64,000 nucleotides of DNA, from positions 794,274 through 858,273 of the forward strand of contig CP066682.1 of the NCBI GenBank assembly GCA_016432285.1, read 5' to 3'. Source of the stretch: Candidatus Kaiserbacteria bacterium. GTDB lineage: Bacteria > Patescibacteriota > Minisyncoccia > Phycocordibacterales > UBA2100. Below the pieces are notes generated by a model, which worked only from the letters and a program-made list of their open reading frames with translations, was not told where the DNA came from and ran no database searches. This document shows, one piece after another, positions 19,556 to 29,050 of this stretch. The stretch's first letter is position 1, and the number at the start of each line of letters is the position of its first letter. The translations under genes and the position numbers were made by a program.

Positions 19556-20125
19556 TTATCGACCTTTCGGCTGGAGGAACCGCATCGGATTACCAACCGC
19601 GATTGCATTGGCGGGAACGTCTTTATCGCAAAACGTGAGCGCTCCGATCACGACGTTGTCGCCAATTTTGATCTTCCCCAGTACTTTTGCACCGGTACCG
19701 ATCAGTACGTTATTGCCTATAAGTGGCATGTCATCGGGTGCTTGCATGGATTTACTGCCGATGGTCACACCATTGTAGATGTGCGCATTGCTTCCGATGA
19801 CCACCGAACGGCCAATCACGATATCCGACGTATGATGAATCCTGAATCCGGGACCGATCCTCGCTCGCGGAGAGATGTCGTTTCCGAACAAGTAGTAACG
19901 CTGCTGGGCCATCACGGCCGCAAGCCGTGGGAACCGACGGTGCAGTGCGACATTGAGGCGATAGTGAACGACGCACGCAAAGTAGTGTCGCGTTATGACG
20001 TTGAACACCACATGCTTCAGCAGCATGAACGTGTTTATATCATCCGCGACATGTAGATGAGCAGCGCGCAGATCGTGGATGAGAAGCGACCGGAGCGAAG
20101 GGCCCACTGTCATGCGAGGCATCAT
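19556..20125 (-). CDS. Hexapeptide-repeat acyltransferase (serine acetyltransferase/NeuD-like sugar O-acetyltransferase)
   Basis: Left-handed beta-helix hexapeptide repeats (IGPGFRIHH...VVIGSNAHIYNGVTIG...VLIGTGAKVLGKIKIGDNVVIGA). Confidence 0.7.
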   Translation of the reverse strand: MMPRMTVGPSLRSLLIHDLRAAHLHVADDINTFMLLKHVVFNVITRHYFACVVHYRLNVALHRRFPRLAAVMAQQRYYLFGNDISPRARIGPGFRIHHTSDIVIGRSVVIGSNAHIYNGVTIGSKSMQAPDDMPLIGNNVLIGTGAKVLGKIKIGDNVVIGALTFCDKDVPANAIAVGNPMRFLQPKGR

Positions 20126-20152
20126 TGCATGCTTTGAGAGCGCCGCAAAGCA

Positions 20153-21526
20153 TTAGCGGCGCCAAAAAAGGAGTCCGGAAAGCCGCTTAGAGGCGGCTGC
20201 ATAGACGATCCGCATAGCCTCCTTTTCTCGTTCGTCGGCGCGAAAAAGCTCACTCAAAAGAAGTGAGAATTCCGGTAAAAGGCGTCGCAGGCGGCGATAC
20301 CGCTCTATACCGTTCCCGACGGTTGTGAAGAACACTTCCACTCCGATACCGGGCAGGCCGAAAAGAAGTATGGATGGCGGCAAAAAGATTGCCATCAGAA
20401 ACGCCTTGAACGTATTCGCAAAAAGCAGAGATTGCTGCTGCTTGTATGCAGCGAAAACGGGAATAAAGAGCGCGCCGATACTGTTGGGGACGATAGAGAG
20501 CAGGAAGACAAAGATGAGCGGTATCGAGTCGACATACTTCGGAAAGAGGATGGAAACAAATGGCACGGTCAGCCCAAATGCCATCACGAGCGCGAAGAGA
20601 CCGAGCGCCGCCTGAAACTTCACCGAAGCGCGCAGAATTCGCGCAAGCTGGTCTCGCTGATCGACATAGCGCGGCATCACCGGGGCGAGTACAGTCGCAA
20701 GCGGCAGAAGCGAGCTGATATGAGAGAACATGCCCATAGCAAACGAGAAGAGACCGACGGCTTCGGTGCCGAGGAAAAATTTGATGATCCACAAACGCGC
20801 GTTCTGTGCAATCGTGCCCACGTACGAAGCTCCTACGCTCCATTTACGGTGCGCCTGCAATACATCCCAAAAGCGGTATTTCCCAACGACCGTCGCTCGC
20901 GAAAATTCCCGGTAGGCGGAAAGCGACCGCGGAACGTAGACCAGTAAGACCGCGAGTTGCGAGAGAAAGATTGCGTACATGAGTCCATGGATTCCCCAGC
21001 GCCACATCACAATGAACAAAACGACGAAAGCGAGTTTAAAAGACTCCTCCACGATACTGTAAAAAGATTGGTCTAGAAACCTCAACATCACGCTCGCCAA
21101 CATCTGCTGCGCAGCGCGAAGCGGCGAAAGTAGAAACGTAAATGAGACGATCTGGAGAAATTGAGCTGCATAGGGGGTACCCGCAAATTGCGCTACGGGA
21201 AGCGCTGCAAAAAAGAGAACGGCCCACGCTGAGACCCCGAGGATCAGGTTGAAGAGAAAATGCTGATGGAATACGCGACTCATTTCCCCAAAATCAGATC
21301 GTCCGCGAGCAACTGCCATGTCGGCTGTAATAGCCGCGGTGAGTCCGGGAAGAAAAACGACGCCCGCCATCGCTATGATTGAGAGCACGAGCTCTGAAAA
21401 TCCGTATTCATACACGGTGAGGCCGGTGAGCACGAGAAAAACGTTCGCAAACATGAGCACCTTTCCAAGCACCACAGCGCTCGTGTTCCACATAAGACCG
21501 GCACCTACGACTCGAATAATGCTCAT
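20153..21526 (-). CDS. Wzx-type oligosaccharide flippase (MOP superfamily polysaccharide biosynthesis protein)
   Basis: About 12-14 TM helices, N-terminal NTSAVVLGKVLMFANVFLV typical of Polysacc_synt; start at MSIIRVVG gives 1-nt gap to upstream gene. Confidence 0.7.
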   Translation of the reverse strand: MSIIRVVGAGLMWNTSAVVLGKVLMFANVFLVLTGLTVYEYGFSELVLSIIAMAGVVFLPGLTAAITADMAVARGRSDFGEMSRVFHQHFLFNLILGVSAWAVLFFAALPVAQFAGTPYAAQFLQIVSFTFLLSPLRAAQQMLASVMLRFLDQSFYSIVEESFKLAFVVLFIVMWRWGIHGLMYAIFLSQLAVLLVYVPRSLSAYREFSRATVVGKYRFWDVLQAHRKWSVGASYVGTIAQNARLWIIKFFLGTEAVGLFSFAMGMFSHISSLLPLATVLAPVMPRYVDQRDQLARILRASVKFQAALGLFALVMAFGLTVPFVSILFPKYVDSIPLIFVFLLSIVPNSIGALFIPVFAAYKQQQSLLFANTFKAFLMAIFLPPSILLFGLPGIGVEVFFTTVGNGIERYRRLRRLLPEFSLLLSELFRADEREKEAMRIVYAAASKRLSGLLFWRR

Positions 21527-21527
21527 A

Positions 21528-22616
21528 TCATCGGTAAATGCGCCTAAAAAGAAGGAAGCTCTCGACCGAGATCGCGATGCCGGCAATCACCTGTGCAAGG
21601 AGGTACCATACCCCGAAGTATTCCACGAAAACGAATACGAGCCCCATGTCCAAAAAGAGGTTGAAAACGGCGACGGAAAGGTGTCGCGGAAGCTGGCGCC
21701 GGATCTTCGAGGCGTCCATGCTCCGAAAGGTCCAGTACTTCTGCGTGGTAAAGCTCACCCCAAATGCGACGATGAATGCAAGACCTGAGGAGAACACGTA
21801 CCAGATACCGATCCGCTCCGTAAAGAAATAGAGCGCCGCGAGGTTCACGACTGTTGCGAGTCCGCCGGAAATGAGGAAGCGCACGACGCGCGCAAAGCTT
21901 GCGCGCCGGCCCGGCCGTATGCCCGCTCGCGCGAGCACGAGGGCGATCAAGATTTCTATGCCGTGGAGCCAGTTGAGTTTTTTGCCGGTCGCTTTCGATC
22001 GAGCGCTGTAACGAATCGGCACTTCGACCACTCGTCCTGTGGATACAAGTTCGAGCGTCAAATCCACCGCGTCGAAGACGAAGTCGTCGTGAGAAGCGGA
22101 TAGAAGCGCGGGAATGTGGCTGCGATGGAAGAGCTTGTAGCAGGTCGCGATGTCGGTGAGGCGCTTCCAGAAGAGCAGATTGAAGACGGCAGTCACGAGA
22201 AGCCCGCCGTAAAAATAGACGGCGTTGTAGGGCACGTTGTTGTCTTTCAAGACGCGCGAACCGAAGACCGAATCGGCGCTTCCTTCGATGATCGGCGCAA
22301 GCAGCGAGGAAAATTCTGACGGATCGTACTCCGAATCCGCATCTTGAATGACGACGTAATCGCCGGTCGCTGCGCGTAGGCCCGTCTTTATCGCTGCGCC
22401 CTTGCCGCCATTTTTCTCGTGTGTGAGCACTCGCGGCGCGGCGGGCTTCGCCTCAAGGCGCGCGAGCGCAGCCTTCGTAGCCACATCGGATCCGTCGTCG
22501 ACAATGATGATCTCCTTGCTCCAGCTGGAAGGTAGTGCGGCGTGTCCGACGCGCTCCACCACCCCTTCGACGGTGGCTGATTCGTTGTAGCACGGGACGA
22601 TGACCGAGAGTTTCAT
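21528..22616 (-). CDS. GT2 polyprenol-phosphate glycosyltransferase fused to C-terminal GtrA-like 4-TM domain
   Basis: SVIVPCYNE ... IIVDDGSD ... QDADSEYDP GT2 motifs, then about 130 aa with 4 TM helices (GtrA-like). Confidence 0.8.
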   Translation of the reverse strand: MKLSVIVPCYNESATVEGVVERVGHAALPSSWSKEIIIVDDGSDVATKAALARLEAKPAAPRVLTHEKNGGKGAAIKTGLRAATGDYVVIQDADSEYDPSEFSSLLAPIIEGSADSVFGSRVLKDNNVPYNAVYFYGGLLVTAVFNLLFWKRLTDIATCYKLFHRSHIPALLSASHDDFVFDAVDLTLELVSTGRVVEVPIRYSARSKATGKKLNWLHGIEILIALVLARAGIRPGRRASFARVVRFLISGGLATVVNLAALYFFTERIGIWYVFSSGLAFIVAFGVSFTTQKYWTFRSMDASKIRRQLPRHLSVAVFNLFLDMGLVFVFVEYFGVWYLLAQVIAGIAISVESFLLFRRIYR

Positions 22617-22617
22617 G

Positions 22618-23673
22618 TTAGAGCGTGATGGAGTACGAAAGCGAGAGCCAGGCGATATTGGCCAAGACGACGAACGCCGTGACTGCAATCTGCACGCGAG
22701 GAGGGAGGGTCCGCAGCCCGAGGCCCGCAAGAAGAAGCGCGGGCGGAGCGATCACGTACAAAAGCCGCGACGATATGTATCCCCAGAGGTAGCCGACGAG
22801 CGGGGGCAGCGCGGCCACCTGTAGGAACCTGCGGCGCCACGTATCGAGCGTCGAGAAGTGTCGAAGCCCGCGCGGCACGAGCAGCCACGCGAGTCCGAGT
22901 ATGGCCGCGGTGCTCTTGATCACGTTCTTGAGGGTAAATTCCATCGCAAATCCGGGCCCTGCATTCTGCCCGTACCACGTGAGGTACGTGAACCCGTAGG
23001 TAACGTACACGTACCACTGCCACGGCGCGTGAATGAGAAGAAAGAGCGCCGAGCCGCCGAGCGCATAGAGTGTTTTCTGTTTCAGAGAAAGCGCCGGATG
23101 GAAAAGCGTGGCGAGTCCCAGGATCGCGCCGCCCACGATACTGTATTCCTTCCATAAGAAACCGACGGCAACGACGAGCGCGTTGAGCAAAAAGAGACCC
23201 GGACGCGGCTCGCGCAGGAAGCGCACGGTGAGCCACAGCGAGAGCACGAAGAAGAACCACGCACCGGTTTCCGTAAGCACGTCGACTCCGTATTTCAAGA
23301 CGGGATAGCTCAAGGCCGACATGAGCGTGAGGAGAAAAGCCAACCGCTCATCCTGGAAGTATTCTCGCGCGAAGAAAAAGGTGGCGAGCGCGAGCGCGAG
23401 GTAGAAGAAGAGCGCCTGTGCGAGCATCGCTTCGTGATAGCCGATCCCCTGCCCTAAGAGCGCCACGAGCGCGGGCGCCAGGGGCTTCAGTATGCGATTA
23501 TGCGCCACCTCGAAACCAGGCTCCCCGGCGAAGGCTTGTGCCGTCGCGAGGTATTCCTGGTAGTCGCTGCTTACGGTGGTCCCAAAAAGCGAGAGCTTGA
23601 GAAATGCGGCGAGCGTGGCAATGAGAAGGATCGCGGCGATCCACGGCAGCAGTGGAGAGAGACGCGCGGGCAT
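22618..23673 (-). CDS. GT-C-like polytopic membrane glycosyltransferase
   Basis: 351 aa, about 10 TM helices, acidic first-loop motif SSDYQEYLA; directly upstream of and 1 nt from the GT2-GtrA fusion gene. Confidence 0.45.
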   Translation of the reverse strand: MPARLSPLLPWIAAILLIATLAAFLKLSLFGTTVSSDYQEYLATAQAFAGEPGFEVAHNRILKPLAPALVALLGQGIGYHEAMLAQALFFYLALALATFFFAREYFQDERLAFLLTLMSALSYPVLKYGVDVLTETGAWFFFVLSLWLTVRFLREPRPGLFLLNALVVAVGFLWKEYSIVGGAILGLATLFHPALSLKQKTLYALGGSALFLLIHAPWQWYVYVTYGFTYLTWYGQNAGPGFAMEFTLKNVIKSTAAILGLAWLLVPRGLRHFSTLDTWRRRFLQVAALPPLVGYLWGYISSRLLYVIAPPALLLAGLGLRTLPPRVQIAVTAFVVLANIAWLSLSYSITL

Positions 23674-23733
23674 AGGTACGGATTCTATCCTGCGGGGCGT
23701 GTCATTGGAAGCGATTGGTATATAGTTGGCCGC

Positions 23734-24858
23734 ATGCGTTTACGCTACATCGCCAATGTGCGGCTCCCCACGGAAAAGGCGCACGGTATTCAGATCATGC
23801 AGATGTGCAGCGCATTTGCGAAGGCGGGCGCTGATGTCGAGCTACTCGTACCGACGCGAGCTACGCCAATCGAAACGGATCCGTTTGAATACTACGGGGT
23901 GCCGAAGAATTTCACGATACGCACGATCCAAAATCCGCAGCCGCGGGATCTCTGGCCCCCGCTCCTCGCCAAACTCTCTTATCTGGTGCCGCGCTACACA
24001 TTTGCGTGGAGGGCCTTGAAAGACGCGCGAGCGAATCCCGCGGACGCATACTATGTTCGCGACGAAATAACCTTTCGCGTCTTCGGCAGAGCGGGCATCC
24101 CGAGCGCGTGGGAGATACACGACATGCCGCGCCGCCTCTCTCTCTATAAAAAGGCGCTGTCTCTCTCCCCGCTCGTGGTGGCCATAACGCACGGCCTCAA
24201 ACGGGAGCTCGTGGAAGCGGGCGTTGCGGAAAAAACAATCGCGGTTGAGCCGGACGGCGCTGATACCGAGCGCTTTGCGCGTATTGATTCCGGAGGCGTG
24301 CGCGAGAAGCTCGGGCTTCGCGCAGAAGATGTGCTCATTGCCTACGTAGGCGGTCTCTATCCATGGAAAGGCGTACCGACGCTGATTGCGGCTGCCGAGG
24401 GACTGCCGAAAGAGGCATACGTGTTGATCGTAGGGGGAGGCGCGGAGTTGGAGGCGACTCAAAAAAGCTTCGGCCAAAAAGCGATTCGCGGCGCGGTGCT
24501 CGGGCCCGTATCACCCACAGAGGCGCCGCGATACATCGTCGCCGCCGATGTTTTCGTCATTCCCAATTCCGGTAAAGAGGCGATCTCACGCTCGTACACC
24601 TCGCCGCTGAAGCTCTTCGAGGCGCTCGCCGCCGGACGCGCGATAGTCGCGTCCGATCTTCCCTCCCTCCGGGAGATCCTCGATGAAAAGAGCGCCGTCC
24701 TCGTGCCCCCTGACGACCCTGCGGCTCTGCGGGAAGCGCTCGGACAGTTGGTGCGGGATCCGGAGCGCCGTGCGAAGCTACAGAGCGCCGCGGGCGAAAA
24801 AGCGCACTCCTTCGACTGGAAAGAGCGTGCAAAACGGATTCTGGCGCGGCTCTCGTAA
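23734..24858 (+). CDS. GT4-family glycosyltransferase
   Basis: GT-B Glycos_transf_1 C-terminal domain with EX7E-type region; start at MRLRYIANVRLPTEKAHG. Confidence 0.8.
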   Translation: MRLRYIANVRLPTEKAHGIQIMQMCSAFAKAGADVELLVPTRATPIETDPFEYYGVPKNFTIRTIQNPQPRDLWPPLLAKLSYLVPRYTFAWRALKDARANPADAYYVRDEITFRVFGRAGIPSAWEIHDMPRRLSLYKKALSLSPLVVAITHGLKRELVEAGVAEKTIAVEPDGADTERFARIDSGGVREKLGLRAEDVLIAYVGGLYPWKGVPTLIAAAEGLPKEAYVLIVGGGAELEATQKSFGQKAIRGAVLGPVSPTEAPRYIVAADVFVIPNSGKEAISRSYTSPLKLFEALAAGRAIVASDLPSLREILDEKSAVLVPPDDPAALREALGQLVRDPERRAKLQSAAGEKAHSFDWKERAKRILARLS

Positions 24859-24876
24859 TCGTGCGAAAATCCCGCA

Positions 24877-25890
24877 ATGAAACGGCGGCTCCTGGATTTT
24901 CTGGCGTGTCCCACCTGTGCGAGCGATCTTACGCTGTCGGCTGAGAAGGAGGAAGGAGCTGAAATCATTGAGGGGCTCCTGAGGTGCGCCAAGGGGCACG
25001 CGTGGCGAATTGCGGGTGGCGTGCCGCGCTTTTTGGCACCCGCAGCCGAGCTGTCCGTGCTCCAGCAAAAGACGATCCGCAATTTCGGCGACGAGTGGAA
25101 GACGTGGGACGATTTCGGCTGGAGCGATCGCGGCGCGAGCGATATAACGATCGACATCTTCCGGTACAAAGTGCTCGTGGAGAAGGGCGAGCTCGCGGGT
25201 AAGCTCGTGCTCGACGCCGGATGCGGCAACGGCCGCTACACGAAGGCGGCGCGCGATTTCGGGGGCGAAGTAATCGGCGTCGATCTCTCCGACGCCGTGG
25301 ACGTCGCGTTCCGCAACATGCGGGACGACGACAAGATCCACATCATCCAGGGCGACCTCTTCAAGCTGCCTCTAAAGAAAGGAGTCTTCGACTTCATTTT
25401 TTCCAACGGCGTTCTCATGCACACCGGCGACGCTCGCCGCGCCTTCCTTTCGCTCGTACCGCACCTCAAGATCGACGGCGCGATCACGGTCCACCTCTAT
25501 CACAAAGGAAATCTCGTCTACGAGTTTAACGACTGGTGGATGCGCGCCATCACCACCAGGCTGCCGCTTTCAATGATGTACAAAGCCGCCAACGCGTTCA
25601 CGTGGGTTACCACTCGCCTTCCGAAAACGTTCGTCGATTACGGGCTCAACATATTTTTCCGCGCAGAGCGCCATCCGCACTACGTCTTCGACTGGTACAC
25701 CGCGCCTATCGCGACACACCACACCTATCCCGAAGTGTATGGATGGCTCAAGGAGGCGGGTCTTTACCTCACGCACGATCACAACATCACGAGATACCCA
25801 TGGCGCAGGTTCATACTCCCGTTTCAATTCCTTACGGTGAGAGCGCAAAGACAGAAACCGCTAAAAGATCCCGAGCATACCCTTCGCTGA
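24877..25890 (+). CDS. Class I SAM-dependent methyltransferase with N-terminal Trm112-like zinc ribbon
   Basis: CPTC...C..GH zinc-ribbon then motif I LVLDAGCGNGRYT. Confidence 0.75.
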   Translation: MKRRLLDFLACPTCASDLTLSAEKEEGAEIIEGLLRCAKGHAWRIAGGVPRFLAPAAELSVLQQKTIRNFGDEWKTWDDFGWSDRGASDITIDIFRYKVLVEKGELAGKLVLDAGCGNGRYTKAARDFGGEVIGVDLSDAVDVAFRNMRDDDKIHIIQGDLFKLPLKKGVFDFIFSNGVLMHTGDARRAFLSLVPHLKIDGAITVHLYHKGNLVYEFNDWWMRAITTRLPLSMMYKAANAFTWVTTRLPKTFVDYGLNIFFRAERHPHYVFDWYTAPIATHHTYPEVYGWLKEAGLYLTHDHNITRYPWRRFILPFQFLTVRAQRQKPLKDPEHTLR

Positions 25891-26754
25891 CTAACAGCTG
25901 ATTTCGCGGCTTTTTGACTCCGCAGACTCCTCTGCTGCCGCGATAAGCTCGACAATTCGGACACCGACTTTGAGCGACGTTGCATCGTTCTCTTTTCTGC
26001 CAACAGCATCCACGAAAACTCGCATCTCCCGCGCAAGCGGGGGCTCCTTGTCGTACGCTGGATACGAAACAACACCAGCTTCAAAGAGTGCGAGTTTCTT
26101 CTCCGCCCGATCGTCGAAGATGAGAGTACCTTCCGTGCCCGTGAACGTGAGCACTCTTCTCGATATCCGCGACTCCCAGCTGACAAAGCTGAAAATGGGT
26201 ATGTTATCGAATAGATACCGTGCAAACGCTGTTCCAAAAAAATCGGATTCCTCCATGGAGGAACCGACCGCGCGCACTCGCACTTTCTTTTCCGGGAACA
26301 GGGCGAGCATCATCGACAGATCGTGGGGAAGCCAATCCCAGAGCACGGATGTGTCGCTTCGTGGACGGTCATTCAGGCCCTCGCAGACAATGGACCGAAG
26401 TTCGCCAAGCCGCGGAATGAGCTCGAGTACCTTCAAAAATGCCGGGTTATGGAGATGGACGTGGCCGACATGGACGAGAGCCCTAGACCGCTCGGCGGCC
26501 ACCAATAGTGCCTTGGCGTCGGCGACCGATGTCGCGAGCGGCTTTTCGATGAATGTCGCAATTCCTTTCTTTACAAGCGGCAAGGCGACGGCCGAGTGCG
26601 AGGCGGCTGGAGTGGCGACGATTGCTGCGTCGACATCTTCCGGAACCTCCCCTCCCCGCGCCACGATAACAAGCGAGACGTCGTCAAAACGAGCGAGCGT
26701 ATTTTCAATATTCTTACCCCAACGCCCGTGCCCGATGAGCGCCAGTTTGACCAT
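25891..26754 (-). CDS. Gfo/Idh/MocA-family oxidoreductase
   Basis: MVKLALIGHGRWGKN Rossmann start; EKPLA motif. Confidence 0.75.
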   Translation of the reverse strand: MVKLALIGHGRWGKNIENTLARFDDVSLVIVARGGEVPEDVDAAIVATPAASHSAVALPLVKKGIATFIEKPLATSVADAKALLVAAERSRALVHVGHVHLHNPAFLKVLELIPRLGELRSIVCEGLNDRPRSDTSVLWDWLPHDLSMMLALFPEKKVRVRAVGSSMEESDFFGTAFARYLFDNIPIFSFVSWESRISRRVLTFTGTEGTLIFDDRAEKKLALFEAGVVSYPAYDKEPPLAREMRVFVDAVGRKENDATSLKVGVRIVELIAAAEESAESKSREISC

Positions 26755-26759
26755 GCGTA

Positions 26760-27848
26760 TTAATCGATGTAACCCGGCTCCTTGCGCGCCCATGCAACGA
26801 ATCGATCGAGTCCACTTTTCAGATCCACCTGGTATGCGTAGCTAAGATCAGTCACCGCTTTCGTAAGGTCCGGACATCGACGCAGCGGCTCGCCGGCAGG
26901 GTAGGTGTCAGGATACGGGATCATCTTCATGGAGGCGCCTGGCACGATCTCGGTAAAGAGTTTCGCGAGGTCGTGCATCGCAATCTCGTTGGAGGAGTTG
27001 CCGATATTATACGCTTCGCCATTCTTGCCCTTGAGAAGCACCTGTAGAAAGCCCGTCATCGCGTCGGTAATGTAGCAGAACGTCCTCGTTTGCGCACCGT
27101 CGCCGTGAACCGAGATCGGTTTTTTGTTGAGCGCTTGGTATGTGAACATCGGGATCACACGGTGGTCGAGATGCCCCATGCCAGGGCCGAACACATTGAA
27201 AGGGCGAACTATCCTGGTCGGCATATCGAACTGCTCTTCGTAAATCGTCGCGATGGTTTCCCCGAGCCGCTTGGATTCGTCGTAGCAAGCACGGGGCCCG
27301 ACGGAGGAGACGTATCCATGGTACGTCTCCGGCGTCGGAATCGCTTTCGGATCCGGATCTCCGTAGATCTCGCTCGAGCTGAAGAAAAGGAAACCTTCGA
27401 GGCCCTTATTCTTTTTGCCGAGCTCCAAAAGATTTTTGACGCCTGAGATCGCGCTCTCTATCGTCTCAAGCGGATACTTTTTGTAGTAGACGGGCGACGC
27501 GAGACCAGCTGCATGTACTATAAAGTGTATGTCTTCGCGCACTGGCAGTGGCTGCGAGACGTCACCCCATACATTGAGGATGTCTTCACGGTGGCTGTAA
27601 TCAAAATGCGGGTGTTGCGTGCCGGTGATGAAGTTATCAACAGAGATGACGCGGCATGGTGTTTTGAGAACGTGATCGTTGAGATACGCAAGCACGCCGA
27701 CGAGGTATTTGCCCAAAAAGCCGGCACCGCCGCTGATGAGAATCGTTTTTCCCGCGAAACGCTCCACGTCCTTACCGAGAGCTTTCGCGATCGAGGCGAT
27801 ATCTTCTTTGACTATTTTCTCCGACATGCGCGACAGTATCGCACACAT
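26760..27848 (-). CDS. NAD-dependent nucleotide-sugar epimerase/dehydratase (extended SDR; UDP-glucuronate decarboxylase/ArnA-like)
   Basis: GGAGFLG Rossmann motif, catalytic YDESK (YxxxK). Confidence 0.8.
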   Translation of the reverse strand: MCAILSRMSEKIVKEDIASIAKALGKDVERFAGKTILISGGAGFLGKYLVGVLAYLNDHVLKTPCRVISVDNFITGTQHPHFDYSHREDILNVWGDVSQPLPVREDIHFIVHAAGLASPVYYKKYPLETIESAISGVKNLLELGKKNKGLEGFLFFSSSEIYGDPDPKAIPTPETYHGYVSSVGPRACYDESKRLGETIATIYEEQFDMPTRIVRPFNVFGPGMGHLDHRVIPMFTYQALNKKPISVHGDGAQTRTFCYITDAMTGFLQVLLKGKNGEAYNIGNSSNEIAMHDLAKLFTEIVPGASMKMIPYPDTYPAGEPLRRCPDLTKAVTDLSYAYQVDLKSGLDRFVAWARKEPGYID

Positions 27849-27869
27849 GTACAGGCTCCTACAAGGCGC

Positions 27870-29042
27870 TTACACCACCTCACGCGGCGGAATCGGGAAA
27901 AGGTACGTGTAGCCGCCACCGGTCTTTTTCTTGATGTCATCGAAATATTCATGAGCGAAAACGACGAGTACGTCAGGCTTATGCACATCAAGGTGCGAGG
28001 CCGGTACGATCGGGATATGCAACCCCGGGCTGAAACGGCCTTGTTTGAGAGGACTATCGTCCACGATGAATGCGACGAGTTCAGGCCCGATCTTCCCGAA
28101 ATTCGTGATCGTTGCCACGCGCGCAGGGGAACCGTAGCCCGCCACCCTCTTCCCCTCCCGCTTGTAAGTGACGAGCGCGTCTCGGAATGCGGTCGTGGAA
28201 TCAGCAACCGTACGCCCGAACGTGGCCAAGCGGTCAGCGGAAAGTGTCGCCATTTCTTCCGAGAGAAGTGCTGTAACGCGGGGCGAAGTGCTACCGCTTC
28301 CCTTCTTTACCGTGACGCGAAGAGACCCGCCGTGCGGCTCAATGTGTTCCACGTCCGCAAGGTACATACCGTGCGATCGAAAAAGGCTGTCGAGCGAGCT
28401 GAGGGAATAGTAAAAGATGCGGTCGAGGTAAAAGCGCTCAAACTGGACATTTTTGATGATATTTCCGATATATTCGACTTCGATGATGAAGGAGCCATCG
28501 TCTGTCATCACGTTTTTCACGTCTTTAATAAACGTGTGGGGATCTTCGAGGTGCGTGAAGATGGAACTCGCAACCACGACATCCGGTTTGCCGTGCTTTT
28601 CGACGATCTGCCTCACGGCGTCGGCATTAAAGAATGAAGTGAGTGTTTCGAGACCCTGATCGTTCGCAATTTTTGAGACATTGATTGAGGGCTCTACGCC
28701 GAGCGTTTTCACGCTACGTTCTTTGAGAGGCTTCAGTAAGATGCCATCATTGGATCCAATATCAACCACAAACCGCGCATCCTTGAGGTTCTCCGCAAGA
28801 GCCTCAAAGTGCCGCACGAGCCCTGGATTTACGGACGAAAGGTAGTAGTAATCTTCAAACATTCGCTCGCGCGAGATAATGGTGCCGAGCTGCACGTTCT
28901 TACATGCAGGGCAAAAGAAAACCTTCAGCGGAAAAAAATCTTCCGAGTGGAACTGATCTGCTGTCGGATACTTATTTGCGAGCGGTTGCGACCCAAGATC
29001 GAGAAATTCGATCATTCCGGTGCCGCAGAGAGCGCATTGCAT
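27870..29042 (-). CDS. NDP-hexose C-methyltransferase (TylC3/TcaB9-like) paralogue 1
   Basis: N-terminal Cys4 zinc motif (CALCGTG...CPACKNV), central SAM-MTase domain (VVDIGSNDG), C-terminal Methyltransf_14-like domain. Confidence 0.75.
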   Translation of the reverse strand: MQCALCGTGMIEFLDLGSQPLANKYPTADQFHSEDFFPLKVFFCPACKNVQLGTIISRERMFEDYYYLSSVNPGLVRHFEALAENLKDARFVVDIGSNDGILLKPLKERSVKTLGVEPSINVSKIANDQGLETLTSFFNADAVRQIVEKHGKPDVVVASSIFTHLEDPHTFIKDVKNVMTDDGSFIIEVEYIGNIIKNVQFERFYLDRIFYYSLSSLDSLFRSHGMYLADVEHIEPHGGSLRVTVKKGSGSTSPRVTALLSEEMATLSADRLATFGRTVADSTTAFRDALVTYKREGKRVAGYGSPARVATITNFGKIGPELVAFIVDDSPLKQGRFSPGLHIPIVPASHLDVHKPDVLVVFAHEYFDDIKKKTGGGYTYLFPIPPREVV

Positions 29043-29050
29043 ACCACATC

